This document shows positions 37,500-50,452 of a DNA stretch of 64,000 bases, piece by piece. Position 1 is the first letter of the stretch. Each line of letters starts with the position of its first letter. Made by a program: the position numbers and the translations under genes. This stretch comes from Leucoraja ocellata (lineage: Eukaryota), in the NCBI GenBank assembly GCA_036785375.1, contig JAWMAR010000256.1:3162001-3226000 (forward strand). The letters run 5' to 3'. A model generated the notes under the pieces. It searched no databases and had not been told where the DNA came from. It saw nothing but the letters and a program-made list of their open reading frames with translations.

Positions 37500-37830
37500 A
37501 TCTTATTTCTTATATCCCCTTTCCCCATATCCCTTGATTCCAGTAGTGCTATTTTTAACTCTCTTGAAAACATCCAGTGAATTGGCCTCCACTGCCTTAT
37601 GTGGCAGAGAATTCCATAGATTCACAACTCTTGGGATGAAAAAGATTGTCTTCATCTCAGTCCTAAATGGCCTACCTCTTATTCTTAAACTGTGACCCCT
37701 GGTATTGGACTCTCCCAACATGAGGAACATTTTTCTTGCATATATCCTGTCCAATTCCTTAAAAAATGTTATGTTTCTATAAGATCCTCTCTCATCCTTC
37801 TAAATGCCAGTGAATATAAGCCCAGTCATG
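37500..37830 (-). mobile_element. Separate CR1 3' fragment
   Basis: ORF 37503..37754 (TRGHSLRIRGRPFRTEMK..VVNLWNSLP). Confidence 0.88.
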
Positions 37831-38654
37831 GTAACAACATACAAGCCCTGTAAGGTCACAACTCTATTGCTGTGCCACCCTAAACTGTGCCATCTGTCAC
37901 ATCCCACAGCTACACCTGGGCTTCCATGTGCTGGGATCCTTGTTCTGCTGACAGAGCCGAGACATTATATGTCCAAATCAGAAAGGTGAGTTGTGGGTGG
38001 TCACAATTCCTCACAGCTTTGGACTAAATGGTAGCACTTGCAGGGGAAGAGGTATTCGAGTAACTAAGTTTCTTCACTTAATTCTTTTGAATGGTACAGT
38101 TCTTCAATGGTGAATGTAAAGAGTACAGAGTAGAATACTCGGGCTGAACAATTCTGTCCAGGGTGGTTTTGAGCTTCTTGATTATTGTGACACAGTACAT
38201 GTTTAAAGATGCCGCAGCCATTTAATTACATCCTTGACCTGAACCTTTTGATGCAGATAAATTAGGGAGATGAGTGTTTGAATTGCAGATTAAAGAACAA
38301 CCAGACTTCAGTTTTACTCTGGTCAGCATTGTCTGAAATTGTGATAATAGGAAGTACCATAACATGAGATTTAGGAGGGGAAATTTTATTTTTTACCATT
38401 TGAAATCTAAATGACTGGTACATGCCTTGCTGAAATCTATTTTGCATCAGGTCAAACTAGGTATTATCCAGAGACTGATGTGAGTTGGGATGGCCTGCTT
38501 CCTTTACTGAGAAGTTATGAATCAAGTGGAATGGTCAATAAATGGTCCATCACATAATCTAATAATAGCAGATATTTTTGATGAAAGTTAAGGATTCTTC
38601 CCTTTTTTTTTAACTACACTGACTTGTTTCTAAAATTCACAACCATTCTGCTAA

Positions 38655-38742
38655 GACACAAAATGATGGACAGAGAGCAGGGCAGAGAGCATCTCTGGAA
38701 GGAAGGAATGGGTGTTGTTTTAGGTTGAGACCTTTCTTCAGG
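38655..38742 (-). mobile_element. Penelope pLTR fragment with a degenerate hammerhead motif
   Basis: Reverse complement reads 'ctgaagaaaggtctcaacctaaaacaacacccattcc..ccagagatgc...cattttgtgtc'. Confidence 0.65.
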
Positions 38743-38874
38743 CTGATCCTAAACTATCCTGTCGTGGGGTCCTACATCCGCCACAGAAGTTGCTTCCACC
38801 TAACCCACATTCTCCCCAATGTTGCATTACTTTCGAGTAACTTACTGGGTTGAATACTTCCTTCATTGTTTATA

Positions 38875-40579
38875 CAGGTGCACAACCTTTTATCCGGTTC
38901 CAAATAACGAAAAGCTCCGAATAGCGGACATTTTTTTCGGTCCTTGAAGAAAGGTCCTTGAAGATATTCACTGAGGGCAGCCCGCAGAGGTGACAGCGGA
39001 ACCTCCGGTCGGTCCTCGAAGAAAGGGGAACTAAATCCCCATTCATAAAAGAGAAGATGAGGGAATATTGCGCGGGAGGGTTAATAATTGACAATCTGCT
39101 GCTGCCTGCCCGCTGAGTTAAAAAGTTCCCACGGTAAGACTCAAGACTCAAGACACACTTGTATCGTGAGTCTTGCGTGGGAACTTTTTAACTCAGCGGG
39201 CAGGCAGCAGCAGATTGTCGCTCCCTTCAGTTTCACCCCACCTACACCCCTCTGCTTCCCGGCCATGTGTGTGACCCCTTCCCTCCCCTCTCCAGCTCCT
39301 CGCCCATTGCACCGGCGCGGGGGCTTTGCACTGTCTTCACGTCGGAGTTGCCAGCAGGTCAGTGCCAGTCACCGGAGACGTCAGGACCAACGGGACACCG
39401 GCCCCCAGGCCCACTGCAAGCACGGAGATCCCAGAGACCCACAGCCAGCAGCAGCCCAGCCCCGTTCCAACTCCAGAGGAACACGCTCCCCGTAGGGACA
39501 GAAGCTGATGGTGTGCAAGGTATGTCTTGGTCTTGGGGTTGCGGATGAGGGGGCGCAGCTCGGGCTGTGACGTCACCGGCCACCCCCCCTGTACAGGAGC
39601 TGAGACTGGGAACTGTGGGGTTGTTTGCAGTTGCATTGGGAGGGGGCAAGGCCGGTACAGTTCCCAGTCTCAGCTCCATTCCAGGGGTTGGCCGGAGACG
39701 TCAGGACCAACAGGACACCGACTGCAAGCACGGAGATCCCTGAGACTCACAGCCAGCAGCAACTCTAGCCCAGCCCCGCTCCAACTCCAGAGGAACCCGG
39801 GTTGCGGATGAGGGGGCGCAGCTCAGGCTGTGGGCGAATTGCCACTTGTCGCTGTAGCGGCGCATTGGGGAGCGGGTTCTTGTTGGTCCTGACGTCTCCG
39901 GCCATCCCCCTGGACAGGAGCTGTGAGACGTCAGGACCACCAGAAGCCGCTCCCCGATGGGCCGCTACAGCGACAAGTGGCAGTTCGCCCACAGCCTGAG
40001 CTGCGCCCCCTCATCGGGACACCGACCCCCAGGCCCACTGCAAGCACGGAGATCCCAGAGACTCACAGCCAGCAACAACTCTAGCCCAGCCCCGCTCCAA
40101 CTCCAGAGGAACCCAGGTTGTGGATGAGGGGGCACAGCTCGGGCCATGGGCGAACTGCCACTTGTCGCTGTAGCGGCCCATCGGGGAGCGGATTCCTCTG
40201 GAATTGGAGGGACAGGGAGACACAGCGGCTTTTGAGAATGGTGGGCAATCACTTCCAAAGTTCTTCCCACACAGTCAGTACACCTCTCCTACACTTGTCT
40301 CCTGCACTAAGATCATCTAGCAGAGAATGATCCCAGCCTAACCCTCCCTATTCTCTCCTATTCTGCAAGAAAAAACTACATTGAAGACTCAAACTCGCGA
40401 TCGAGTAACTGCCGGGATCGAGGCGCAAACTCGCGACCTTGCGGATATGAGCCGAGCACTCTACCACTGCGCCAGCCGTTAAAATCTACGCTAAAAATCT
40501 TCCATTCCGAAAGCCGAAAAATTCTGAATTACGAAAAGTGTCTGGTCCCAAGGCTTTCGGATAAAAGGTTGTGCACCTG
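38875..40579. mobile_element. Non-autonomous Tc1/mariner-pogo-like DNA transposon (1705 bp) with a complex GC-rich interior
   Basis: Perfect 22-bp TIRs CAGGTGCACAACCTTTTATCCG / CGGATAAAAGGTTGTGCACCTG with TA on both sides; no transposase motif recognised inside. Confidence 0.9.
40411..40478 (-). pseudogene. tRNA-Met(CAT)-like fragment inside the pogo-like element
   Basis: Reverse complement is cggcTGGCGCAGTGGtagagtgct-cgg-CTCATAT-ccg-caaggtcgcgagtttg: A box and a 7-nt loop with CAT; B box and acceptor stem degenerate. Confidence 0.5.
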
Positions 40580-41349
40580 TAGTGGCATTCTCTTAGTTCT
40601 TTATGAAATATCCATTGTCTTCTGAATCTTGGCTGTAGTCTCTCTTTCCAGAATCTAACAGTAGGAGTAAAATATTTAAAAGTGAATCTTTTTTCTTGGG
40701 CATTCCAAAAGCCTGCTAAAAATGTCACTTAATGGAAATGTCTCACTGGAGTGCAATTCTGATACAATGATTTGTTTTACATGATTACTGCCATAGTTCT
40801 GTCATTTTTTGTTTAAACTAGTTTGCAAATTGCAGTCTGGTTCAAGGACAGTGTTGCATATTCTGTGATCCTTGGCTGAATAGCATATTGGATTTGGTTC
40901 AGCTAATGTAATTTAAGTTGGAAAATTTTAAACTAATGACAATTTCGCAATAACTTTAAAATATTCTAGGATCGGGTCATAATCTATGTCAGAAGATTGA
41001 AACCAATATGATTGAAGTAGTCTCCAAAATATCTTGTGCTAAGATAAGTGCCAATGTCACATTAACATGTGGTAAGTTCATACACTAAAAACTAATGTGT
41101 TTATGTAATGAACTCAATTAGCAGCCTTTTTACAGACTTGATGAATTGCTTCACTGGCATGGACAGTTTAATTTCTAAAATAAATCGAATTTGCACTTAA
41201 GTCTTGATTTCTTTTATTTTTGGATCCATTACTGCCTTTATTCACCTTTTCCCACACAGTGAGGGTTGGTTTTATTTGATAGTTATCTGTTTGGATTTAA
41301 CAAAGTAGGCTCCTATCTCTGAATTTTGAGGAAAAAGAGTGGCAGGTAT

Positions 41350-41815
41350 TGGATGGATACAAGCAAGGGTTTTTTGATGGTCGGCCAAAGGCCAGAGATG
41401 AAAAGACAGAAGGCGCAGCACAAGGATTGAAGAGTTGCAAATTGTGAAGTTAGAGAAAGGTATATAAATGGGAGGAGAAGGGGGGAAATGGGTGCGAGTC
41501 CATGTGGGGCATAGGAGGGGGGTGGGGTGGGGTGGGGGGGGGGGGGCTATATGGAGGATTAAGTGAAGGGGGAGTTATATAGTTGCCTAAAATTGGGTGT
41601 TCATACTCTTGTGTTGTAAACCACCCAAGTGGAATATGAGGTATTGTTCCTCCAGTTTGCATCTGACTTCTCCGGCAATAAAAGAGGCTTATGACATTAA
41701 GGTTGGTATAGGAATGAGATGAGTTAAAATGGTTACAACTAGCGGACCTTGGAAGACTGAGCACAAGTGTTTAGCAAAATGGTTACCAAGTTTATTCTTG
41801 ATCTCGCTGATGTCA
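41350..41815 (-). mobile_element. Old Penelope 3' fragment (end of GIY-YIG plus pyrimidine-rich 3' region)
   Basis: Reverse of 'aatatgaggtattgttcctccagtttgc' reads CKLEEQYLIF; ORF 41450..41764 contains NHFNSSHS; parallels 62280-62480. Confidence 0.72.
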
Positions 41816-42084
41816 TTCCCATTCCATCTTGTTGAATTACTGGGATTTGTAAGTTAGAGAGTCAGACTAATGATCAGATACAATTGTGTCAAGTAATTAA
41901 ATAATTTGGAATGAGAGTTTGTTTCAGTATTACAGATCATGTAATTGCTGCATTTATAATACAAACATATCAGACTTCCTCAAATATTTCTTGCCAAGCA
42001 ATGGCAAGTTATCCTTATTCAGTTAGCAGTGCATTGCCTTCACTACCTATGTGCCACTTGTTTCAGATGACTTATGACAATATT

Positions 42085-42412
42085 AGAAACATAGAAAATA
42101 GGTGCAGGAGTAGGCCATTTTGCCCTTCGAGCCTGCACCGCCATTCAATATGATCATGGCTGATCATCCAACTCAGTATCCCGTACCTGCCTTCTCTCCA
42201 TATCCCCTAATCCCCTTGGCCACAAGGGTCACATCTAACTCCCTCTTAAATATAGCCAATGAACTGGCCTCAACTACCTTCTGTGGCAGAGAATTCCAGA
42301 GATTCACCACTCTCTGTGTGAAAAATGTTTTTCTCATCTCAGTCCTAAAAGACTTCCCCTTTATCCTTAAACTGTGACCCCTTGTTCTGGACTTCCCCAA
42401 CATCAGGAACAA
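42085..42412 (-). mobile_element. CR1 3' end
   Basis: ORF 42173..42430; gaaacatagaaa tail. Confidence 0.93.
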
Positions 42413-45049
42413 TGATCTGATATTGATCAATGACTGATATTGAAGAAGTAAACCCTAAACAGAGCCCTGAGCCCCTATTCTCAACATTGCCCAGATTGAA
42501 AATGACTGCATCATTAAAAAAAATCCTAATTTATTGATTTCAATCTTATAAATTGGTTAGGTTAATTAATTGGTAGCATATTTATCCTTTTATGACAAAC
42601 ATAATAGAACTATGTAAATATACAGCAACATTACGATTTTATTTTGGAATTTTGATTTGCTATTTGACTTTTTTCCATTCATTTCTTTCTTTGGATATTT
42701 CTCTTTCCAGTGTTTGCTTATTGAAAGTGTTTATTGCGGTCTTTATCACTGCCACAGTAAAATAAACTCTGGGGCATACGCATTAATCCATTCATCCTGC
42801 ATATTACCAATCAGTGTTGATAGCATATACTACTAAGAAAATAACAAAAAAGGAAAATGCTGAAATTGACCAAATGATTAGGTTACATCATGACAGGTCA
42901 TCTACCTATTAAACACATTAATTTTCTGTTTCTTCTTGCATCCACCTTTGCCTGATCTCACATTTACCAATTTGAAACATTATGCAGATTATCATAATGA
43001 GTTATTGGATTTGGATAAAGTCTTGCAGTGTAGAATTTGCATTAGTCACCTTGCATGAGCACCACAAATCAATTTAATCAGAACACTGTGGCAGCATCGG
43101 AGGAGCTCTCCAGAAAATAGGCAATGAGACGAGTGAACTGATGGCTCAGTTAGAAAATATTGGTGTTGTGCAAGGGCAGAGTGGCTTTGTTAGAAAATGC
43201 TGGTATTTTGCAAGGTCAGTAGCAAGAGGATGATTAATATATTTCCAAATTTACTGTGTACCATGCTTGGAGACAAATCTCTCCAGTTTTGACCCCAAAT
43301 CAAAAAGCTGTTAATACTGGAAATTTGAAACAAACACAGAGCTGGAAGTACTCAGCAGGTCAGTTAGCATCTATGGAGAGTGAAACAAGTTAATTAGTTT
43401 CATTAGAACTGCTTTGCCTGGATCAAACCAGTTGCATCCGTTTCTCTGAACTCTGAAGAATTTCACACTTTTAAATTTGAATGTTTCCAGTGGGAATTGT
43501 TCTTACCTGCATTATTTCTCCTCATCCAAATCCTCCAAGTTTAATTGTTCTTGTGTGTTTACGTCTTAATAGTAAAACATATTATACTTACAATGCAGAA
43601 CTTTACACAATATTAACTGTACACTGCTAACAACATTCTTTATCATTTTAGCCGAAGAGTACATTTTCTCTGTTCTACACATTCAGCCCTTTTTATTCTG
43701 TAGGCATAATCTGGGTGCAAACAAGATTAGACAGCATTACACTCTTTACAATATGCCAAATATCAGTTAACTTTTAAGACCATTGTTGACTCGTGCATTG
43801 CAAATTTGAATACATTGGTAGTGCTGAAACAAGCATTTTCAATTATTGGAGTAAGATGGTGAAGGAGGTATAACTTTGGCCAAGGGTATCAATGTTCACA
43901 GATCGCCGACTTTGTCCTGCTGCAGAAATTGTACATCCTTTTCAACAAACTTGTATTTGCATGTTATTTTATAATTCCATTGCAGTGAGGGAGAGGATTT
44001 TTGTGGAAAGCAACTTGGATTACTATAAAGTTTAATATGACTGATGGGGAAAATGTTGACTAGTTTTTATCTTCCTTGAAAGGAACATTTAATCTTCCCT
44101 TGCATTTAACTACCTCATCCTGGCTTTTTCCCCATCAATTCTGGTCTGTCCCCAATTGATTACACTTAATTACACTGATTGCAATGGTTTATGGATTGGA
44201 CTCTTCATATATTAATCTGCATGGAAGCACTGATGCAATGTCATCTCAAAAAAGAGTAACATTGTGGGCTCTCTTTTGACTGCTCATTGGAGAAGTTTAA
44301 GATTCTGATTGCTATCAAGTATTGATGCAATAGTTCCATATTGTCTTTTGTAACTCTTATCTTTTCTATTTTGTGCATTTATTTTTATAATCACCCCTTC
44401 TGAACATACACTACATGCAGATTGATTCTAATTTCTCTGCACTGCAAGCCCAGTTTCCAACCATATTCAAAACATCTAATTTACACTATTCAAGCTAGCA
44501 CACTTTAGTGTCTTCATTGACTACGTATGCAAATAAAACATAGTTAATGTGCTAATGGCTCCTGGCTCCAAAGTATTTATGAAGACATTAAATCAAAGTG
44601 TTCCCTCAAAGATCCTTGTGAGATCCTGTTGTTAACCTTGTCCCAAGCTGGCAATAACCAATGTACTGCCATCTATTTTCATTTGTTCACTTTTCTTATT
44701 TTCAATACAGGATTTTGCAGAACTGTATCCAAGGCTAACTAAAAATCCAGCTATCTAGCATTCATTCTTACTGATAGTATGTTTGAAGGATATTAAATCA
44801 GATTAGCAAATAAATTCAGATTTTTTGTTATTTCTGGCTAAATTCTGTTATCTTTTAATTAAGTTTTTGTAACTATTAAAAAGGATGCCCGCCTGCAGTT
44901 TATTTGGCCTATTTTGCTTCCTGCCTATAAGCATGTTTTGGCAGGCTTCTCCAGAGCTTTTTACATCTTTTTCTCTTTCATCTGTGAGAATCATCAGATC
45001 AACTTTACCTGGATTCTTCTAGTTCATTTCCCTTAAATTTGCACAGTTG

Positions 45050-45556
45050 TTCTGTGACCGCTGTCTGAAAAAAGCTCAGAGAATTGCTAAGGACAAACTG
45101 CACCTCCTCCACATACACCTGGATCTCCTGCCATCAGGCAAGAGATATCGAAGCATCAAAGCCCGGACTACAAGACTGCTAAACAGCTTCCTACCACAGG
45201 CTGTGAGACTGCTAAACAGTCACTCTGTACTCACAGTCACTTGATTCTGCAGCTGGCACGGACACTTTAATAACTGGCACTGGTCACTTTAATAACTGGC
45301 ACTGGCCACTCAAATCAGCCGCCCAGGACATCTTTATGATTGGTTTATTGTATTTTAACGTTGTGTTTTACCTGCGTTTAACTATTTATTTATACTGTTC
45401 CATCAGGGGCTGGATTGTTTTTAGTGTTATTATGTGTGAAAAGTTTTAAATTTCATGTGCGATGCTCCGCTATTCCCTGGGAAACGTCTTTTCATTTTGC
45501 ACTGTACAACTGTTGCTTGCAAGATGACAATGAAGGTTGATTGATTGATTGATTGA
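45050..45556 (+). mobile_element. Rex1/Babar-like LINE 3' end with a (GATT)n tail
   Basis: ORF 45047..45244 (LLPSGKRYRSIKARTTRLLNSFLPQAVRLLN). Confidence 0.88.
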
Positions 45557-47884
45557 TAATCTGAAATGTATCACTGCTTATCGCGGCATCATCCTTTGGT
45601 TGTGTACTCTTCTTCTTTGAGATGTGCAATCTCGTTTGCCCAGGAAACTGCAACTTGTCCATTAATGACGCTTGCTTCTAGCACTCCTCACCCTCCTGGC
45701 CAATTTGTAACTAAATGCAGAGGCATGGTGAGCTGCTCTTTCGAGGGCGAGAGGCAGCCCATGAAACAAAGCCACAGTCAAGCACATTTAAGCAGTTTTC
45801 AAAATTCTCAGATAGTTCCACAATTTAAAACTGGTACAAAAAAGGTTACAATTAAAGGCAAAACTACACAATAAAATGTTAATAAATAATTAATATATAT
45901 TTAAAAAATTCAATGAAATCGTGCACTTTGACAACCTCATTTAGATGTTGTTTTCTCCCTTGCATAAAAGTTGACAGGCCAGGGGCAAATATGTTTTTTT
46001 TCATTTGGGTTTAGTTTTTGGCTGCTGCTCGTAAAACGAGCATTCGTTCCCCATCACAAATGAAGACTGTCGAGGTGAAGTTCATCCATCTCTGTTCATG
46101 CTCCACTGCTGGGCTCGACAGCAAGTTTGATAGTGTAGTGGAAGGTCATGTTTGCAAGGTCATTTTGGACAGCTGTGCTTCAATGAGTGCAGGTGGAAGT
46201 CTAGGCCATTTCGGATGCCCCACACCCGATAGTGTACTGCTCCACACAGTGACAGCAGGGCGTGTATGATTCTGTCCAATATATTAGCCATCGTGCTGTG
46301 CCTTTAACCAAGCTAAACAACTGTTGGTTGAGCTGTTTGTATCTGTCTGATGTGCATTCATAGACAGCAGTCACTGGTGCATTATTGTTAATTTCTATAC
46401 ATTTATTTCACTCTTTCCTATTGCCTCATTCATCCTCATAGCTGATGTTGCATACATCAATGACATTTTACTGCATGATCTAACTTGTGTGAAATATATT
46501 CCTTTAAATTCATTGTATGTGTCTCTTTTCCCATTTGTTCATCTTTTTCTGAGTATCCACAACCCATTAAAAGTAGTCAGATCAAATATTAACAAAATTG
46601 CAGGCATAGAAATGACTGCATGCAAGGCTAGAAGTGCTTTGCTCCTGCCTCTTTCATTCAAGTTCTTTATCCTGAATTTTATGATGGCATGCATCCATTA
46701 TTACTTAAATGAGCCACATAAATGTGGCTTTTTAAAAATGAAATATCTATAAAATGATTCATCTGTTCAACTAAATTAAGCTAAACTTGGCTTTAGCACA
46801 CTTATGGGAAATGTGTGCCAATCTTGCATGTTGGCGAGATCAGGCAATGCAATTATTTGGATTTATTAAGCCAGTGTTTCATGCTGTTGCAATTAATACT
46901 CAAGCAGACACTGGTGTATCAATCCTATGGCTTGGCTACATTGAGTTTTAAGCTTTCAAACTGTTCACATATAATGCATACATTTTTGATCTGCATTATT
47001 TGATCTTATTTTAATTAGCTTTTATTAATACATAGGCTATCCAATTTAACAATACATTTTAACAGCTTGTCAGTTGTCAGCTGTAATAATTCCTTATTAC
47101 AGATCCTCAGTTTAAATTTATGTAGGTCAACCAACTATCTACTTGTGGAACATTATGAAGGACAATTTCCCCCCTAATTCCTTAATTAACACACAAAATT
47201 ATCTTGTCTCTAACATGGTAGCACAGCGCCAGCACACAGCCAAGAAACACTGAACAGAAAATCTTAGGTTTCAGTCCTAATGAGTACAGAGAGTATTCGG
47301 ATTAAAGGGGTAAAGCTACAAAGTATATAAGGGTTGTAGTCCTTAGAACTTGACATAAGCTGATTTATCCATGTCAGAAGCATCCATTTTCTATACCTAC
47401 CCAGATTGTATCGCTTGACGTAATTTATTATGTTTTCTTAACATTGAATAGTACCCGTACTTAACTAATGGAATGTTTACTCCATTCAGTCATTAATGAA
47501 AACTATGAAACATTTATTTTCGTTATTACCACCAGCTTAAATGTTTTTTAAATATATAGGAACATTTTGTAAAGGCCAAATTCCCATATGTCATCTTATT
47601 AATATCTTGAGGAGTATCTGCATTGTTTGCTGCATTAAGGAAGACCAGATGAATGATATGTTAATAATCTCAGTAGACCAAGTAAGAGAAAATGTTTTTG
47701 GTTGCCAGTTATGGATGCTAAGCCTTCCCATGAATTTGACTCCTACATTTGAATGTATCTGTAAAGATGAACATCCAGTCAACCTGCCCTCGACACTTTT
47801 TGTACATTTCTTAAATTTCCTTTGGGTTAGTGAATTGTGGAGTGGCCCAGACCATCACACAAACCAACCTCCCTTCTATTGATT

Positions 47885-48292
47885 CCATTTATACCTCGCG
47901 CTGCCTTGGCATAACCGGCAGCATAATTGAAGATGAGTCTCAACCTGGTTACTCCCTCTTCTTCCTTCTCCCATCAGTCAAAAGGTAGACAAGTATGAAA
48001 ATGCACACTGCCACATTCAGGGACAATTTATTCCCAGCTGTTATCAGGCAACAGAATTATCCAACCACAACGAGAGAGCAGTTCGGAACTATTATCTACC
48101 TCATTGGTGACACTCGGACCATCTTTGATTGGAGTTTACTGGCTTTACCTTGTACTAACTGCTTTTCCCTTATTTATCTATACTCTGTAAATGGCTCGAT
48201 TGTAATCGTATATCGTCTTTCCGTTGACTGGATGGCATGCAACAAAAGCATTTCATTGTACCTCGGTACATGACAATAAACTAAACTTTGAA
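47885..48292 (+). mobile_element. Rex1/Babar-like LINE 3' end
   Basis: ORF 47995..48273 (TATFRDNLFPAVIRQQN); tail 'acaataaactaaac'. Confidence 0.8.
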
Positions 48293-48399
48293 CTTATGCT
48301 CACTGCTTTTAATTCTACTCAAACACTTGTTCTTTGAGGATTAAAAAGAGTTGAGCAATCAAAAACCTGGCACTGTGGTTCAACCGGAAAGACCTATAC

Positions 48400-50452
48400 C
48401 AGGTAACACCGTAGTGATAGATGACTCAATAGTGAGAGGTACGGACATGAGATTATGTGGAAACAGGTGAGACTCAAGGATGGTGTTGCTTCCCTGGCTA
48501 GGGTCCAAGACATCTCGGACCAATTGCTGAGCATCCTCGAGGGGGAAGGGGAGCAGCCGGAAGTGGTTTTGCATGTCGGCACAAACGGGAAGAAGAGGAA
48601 GGAGGTTCTGCAACATGAGTTTAGCGATTTAGGAAGAAGACTGAAAAGCATGTCTTCCAGGGTGGTTATCTCTGGTTTGTTTCCAGTACTTCGTGCTGAT
48701 GAAGGCATGAACAGGGAGATGGGGGATCTGAATGTGTCTCTGAGGAACTGGTGCAGGGGGCAGGGATTTTGATTTATAGAACACTGGGATTTTTTCTAGG
48801 CTAGGGGTGACCTGTACAAAAGGGACGGGTTGCACCTTAACTGGAGGGGGGCCACCATTCTGGCAGGCAGGTTTGTTAGTGCTACACGTGTGGGTTTAAA
48901 CTAAATAGTGGGGGAGAATGGTCGACAAAATGGAAGTATAAGGATGGAGTTAAAGGGAAAGAGTACAGGTATAGTTACGAAAGGCACCTAAATTAAGTTC
49001 AAGAATGGATAAGAGAGTAAGGTCAGATGAAATGGGAACCGGTGTGAGAGGGGAGGTGAATACTGAATAAAAAGTGTTATATATGAATGCGTAAAGTTTA
49101 AGAAATAATGTGGATGAGCTTGGGGCTCAGTTAGATATTGGTAGGTATGATGTTGTGGGAATTACAGAGACACGGCTGCAAGAGGACTGGGAACTGAATA
49201 TTAAGGGTTATACGTCCTATCGAAAAGACAGATAAGTTGGCAGAGGGGGTGGGGTAATGCTGTTGGTAAGGGATGAAATTCAGTCTTTTACGAAGGACAT
49301 AGAATCGGAAGATGTAGTCATTGAGGATAGAACTGAGAAATTAAAAGACCCTAATGTAAGTTATCATCAGGCCCCCAAACAGTAACCTGGTTATAGGGTG
49401 CACATTGCATCAGGAGTTAAAATTGGCATGTAACAAATGTAATGCTACAGTGGTTATTGCTGATTTCAATAGGCAGGTACACTGTGAAAATCAAGTTGGT
49501 ACTTGACCCCAAGGAAAGGTGTTTGTGGAGTGCTTCCGAGATGGATTCTTAGAACAGTTTGTACTGGAGCCTGCCAGGGTGAAGGCAATTTTGGATTTAG
49601 TTTTGTTCAGTGATCTGGATTTGATAAAGGGAACTCAAGGTGAAGGAACCATTAAGAGGTAGTGACCATGATATGATAAATTTTAATCTGGAATTTGAGA
49701 GGGAGATGGTAAAATCAGAAGTGTCAGTGTTGCAGTTGAAGTCGGGGACAGTATAAAAATAAATGAGAAGTACAACATAGCAAAGATGAATGCCAGAGGA
49801 TTGAGAAACGTTTAAAGAAAAACAGAATGTAACTAAAAAGGCAATACAGGGAGAAAATATGAAGTATGAAGGCAAGCTAGCCAATAATATACTTTAAAGG
49901 ATGATAGTAAAAGTTTATTTAGGTATGTGAAAGGGAAAAGATTAGTTAAGACAATTGTGGGTCCCTTGTAGACAAGGAGGTGAATTTATTATGGGGAACA
50001 AGGAAATTGCAGATGAGTGTGCAGGTACTTTGGTTCTGTCTTCCTTAATGAAGACAGAACCAAATAATCTCCCAGATGTACTAGGGGACAGATGACCTAG
50101 GGTGATGGAGGAACAGAAGGAAATTCACATTAGTCAGGAAATGGTGTTGGGTAGACTGATGGGACTGAAGGCTGATAAATAATGGGTAGGCCATATAGAA
50201 CTGCAATGAGGAAAATCATTTTCACTCAGATTTATGGAATTCTCTGCCGCAGAAGGCAGTAGAGGCCAACTCACTGGGTGCATTCAAAAGATAGTTAGAC
50301 AGACCTCTTAGGGCTAACGTAATTAAGAGATTTGGGGAGAAGGCAGGAACAGGGTGCTGATCGTGGATGATCAGCCATGATCACATTGAACGGCGGTTGT
50401 GTTGGCTGCAAGGGCCGAATGGCCTACTCCTGGACCTATTTTCTATGTATCT
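48400..50452 (+). mobile_element. Internally deleted CR1: ORF1 SGNH esterase, APE endonuclease, start of ORF2, then 3' UTR
   Basis: VIDDSIVRG, VVLHVGTN and DGLHLN (esterase blocks); YMNA..LRN.VDEL and GITET (APE); 'gctgataaat' joins the 3' region at about 50180; CR1 tail. Confidence 0.9.

Noticed and set aside
39088-40330. Many overlapping GC-rich ORFs as a gene or CpG-island promoter
   Set aside because: They lie inside a TIR-bounded element and come from repeated GC-rich modules that lack stops
43081-43235. Short open frame GGALQKIGNETSELMAQLENIG as a host exon
   Set aside because: Weakly resembles the CR1 APE start (IRNKVDEL.AQLE) and includes a local ~30-bp duplication; not enough support
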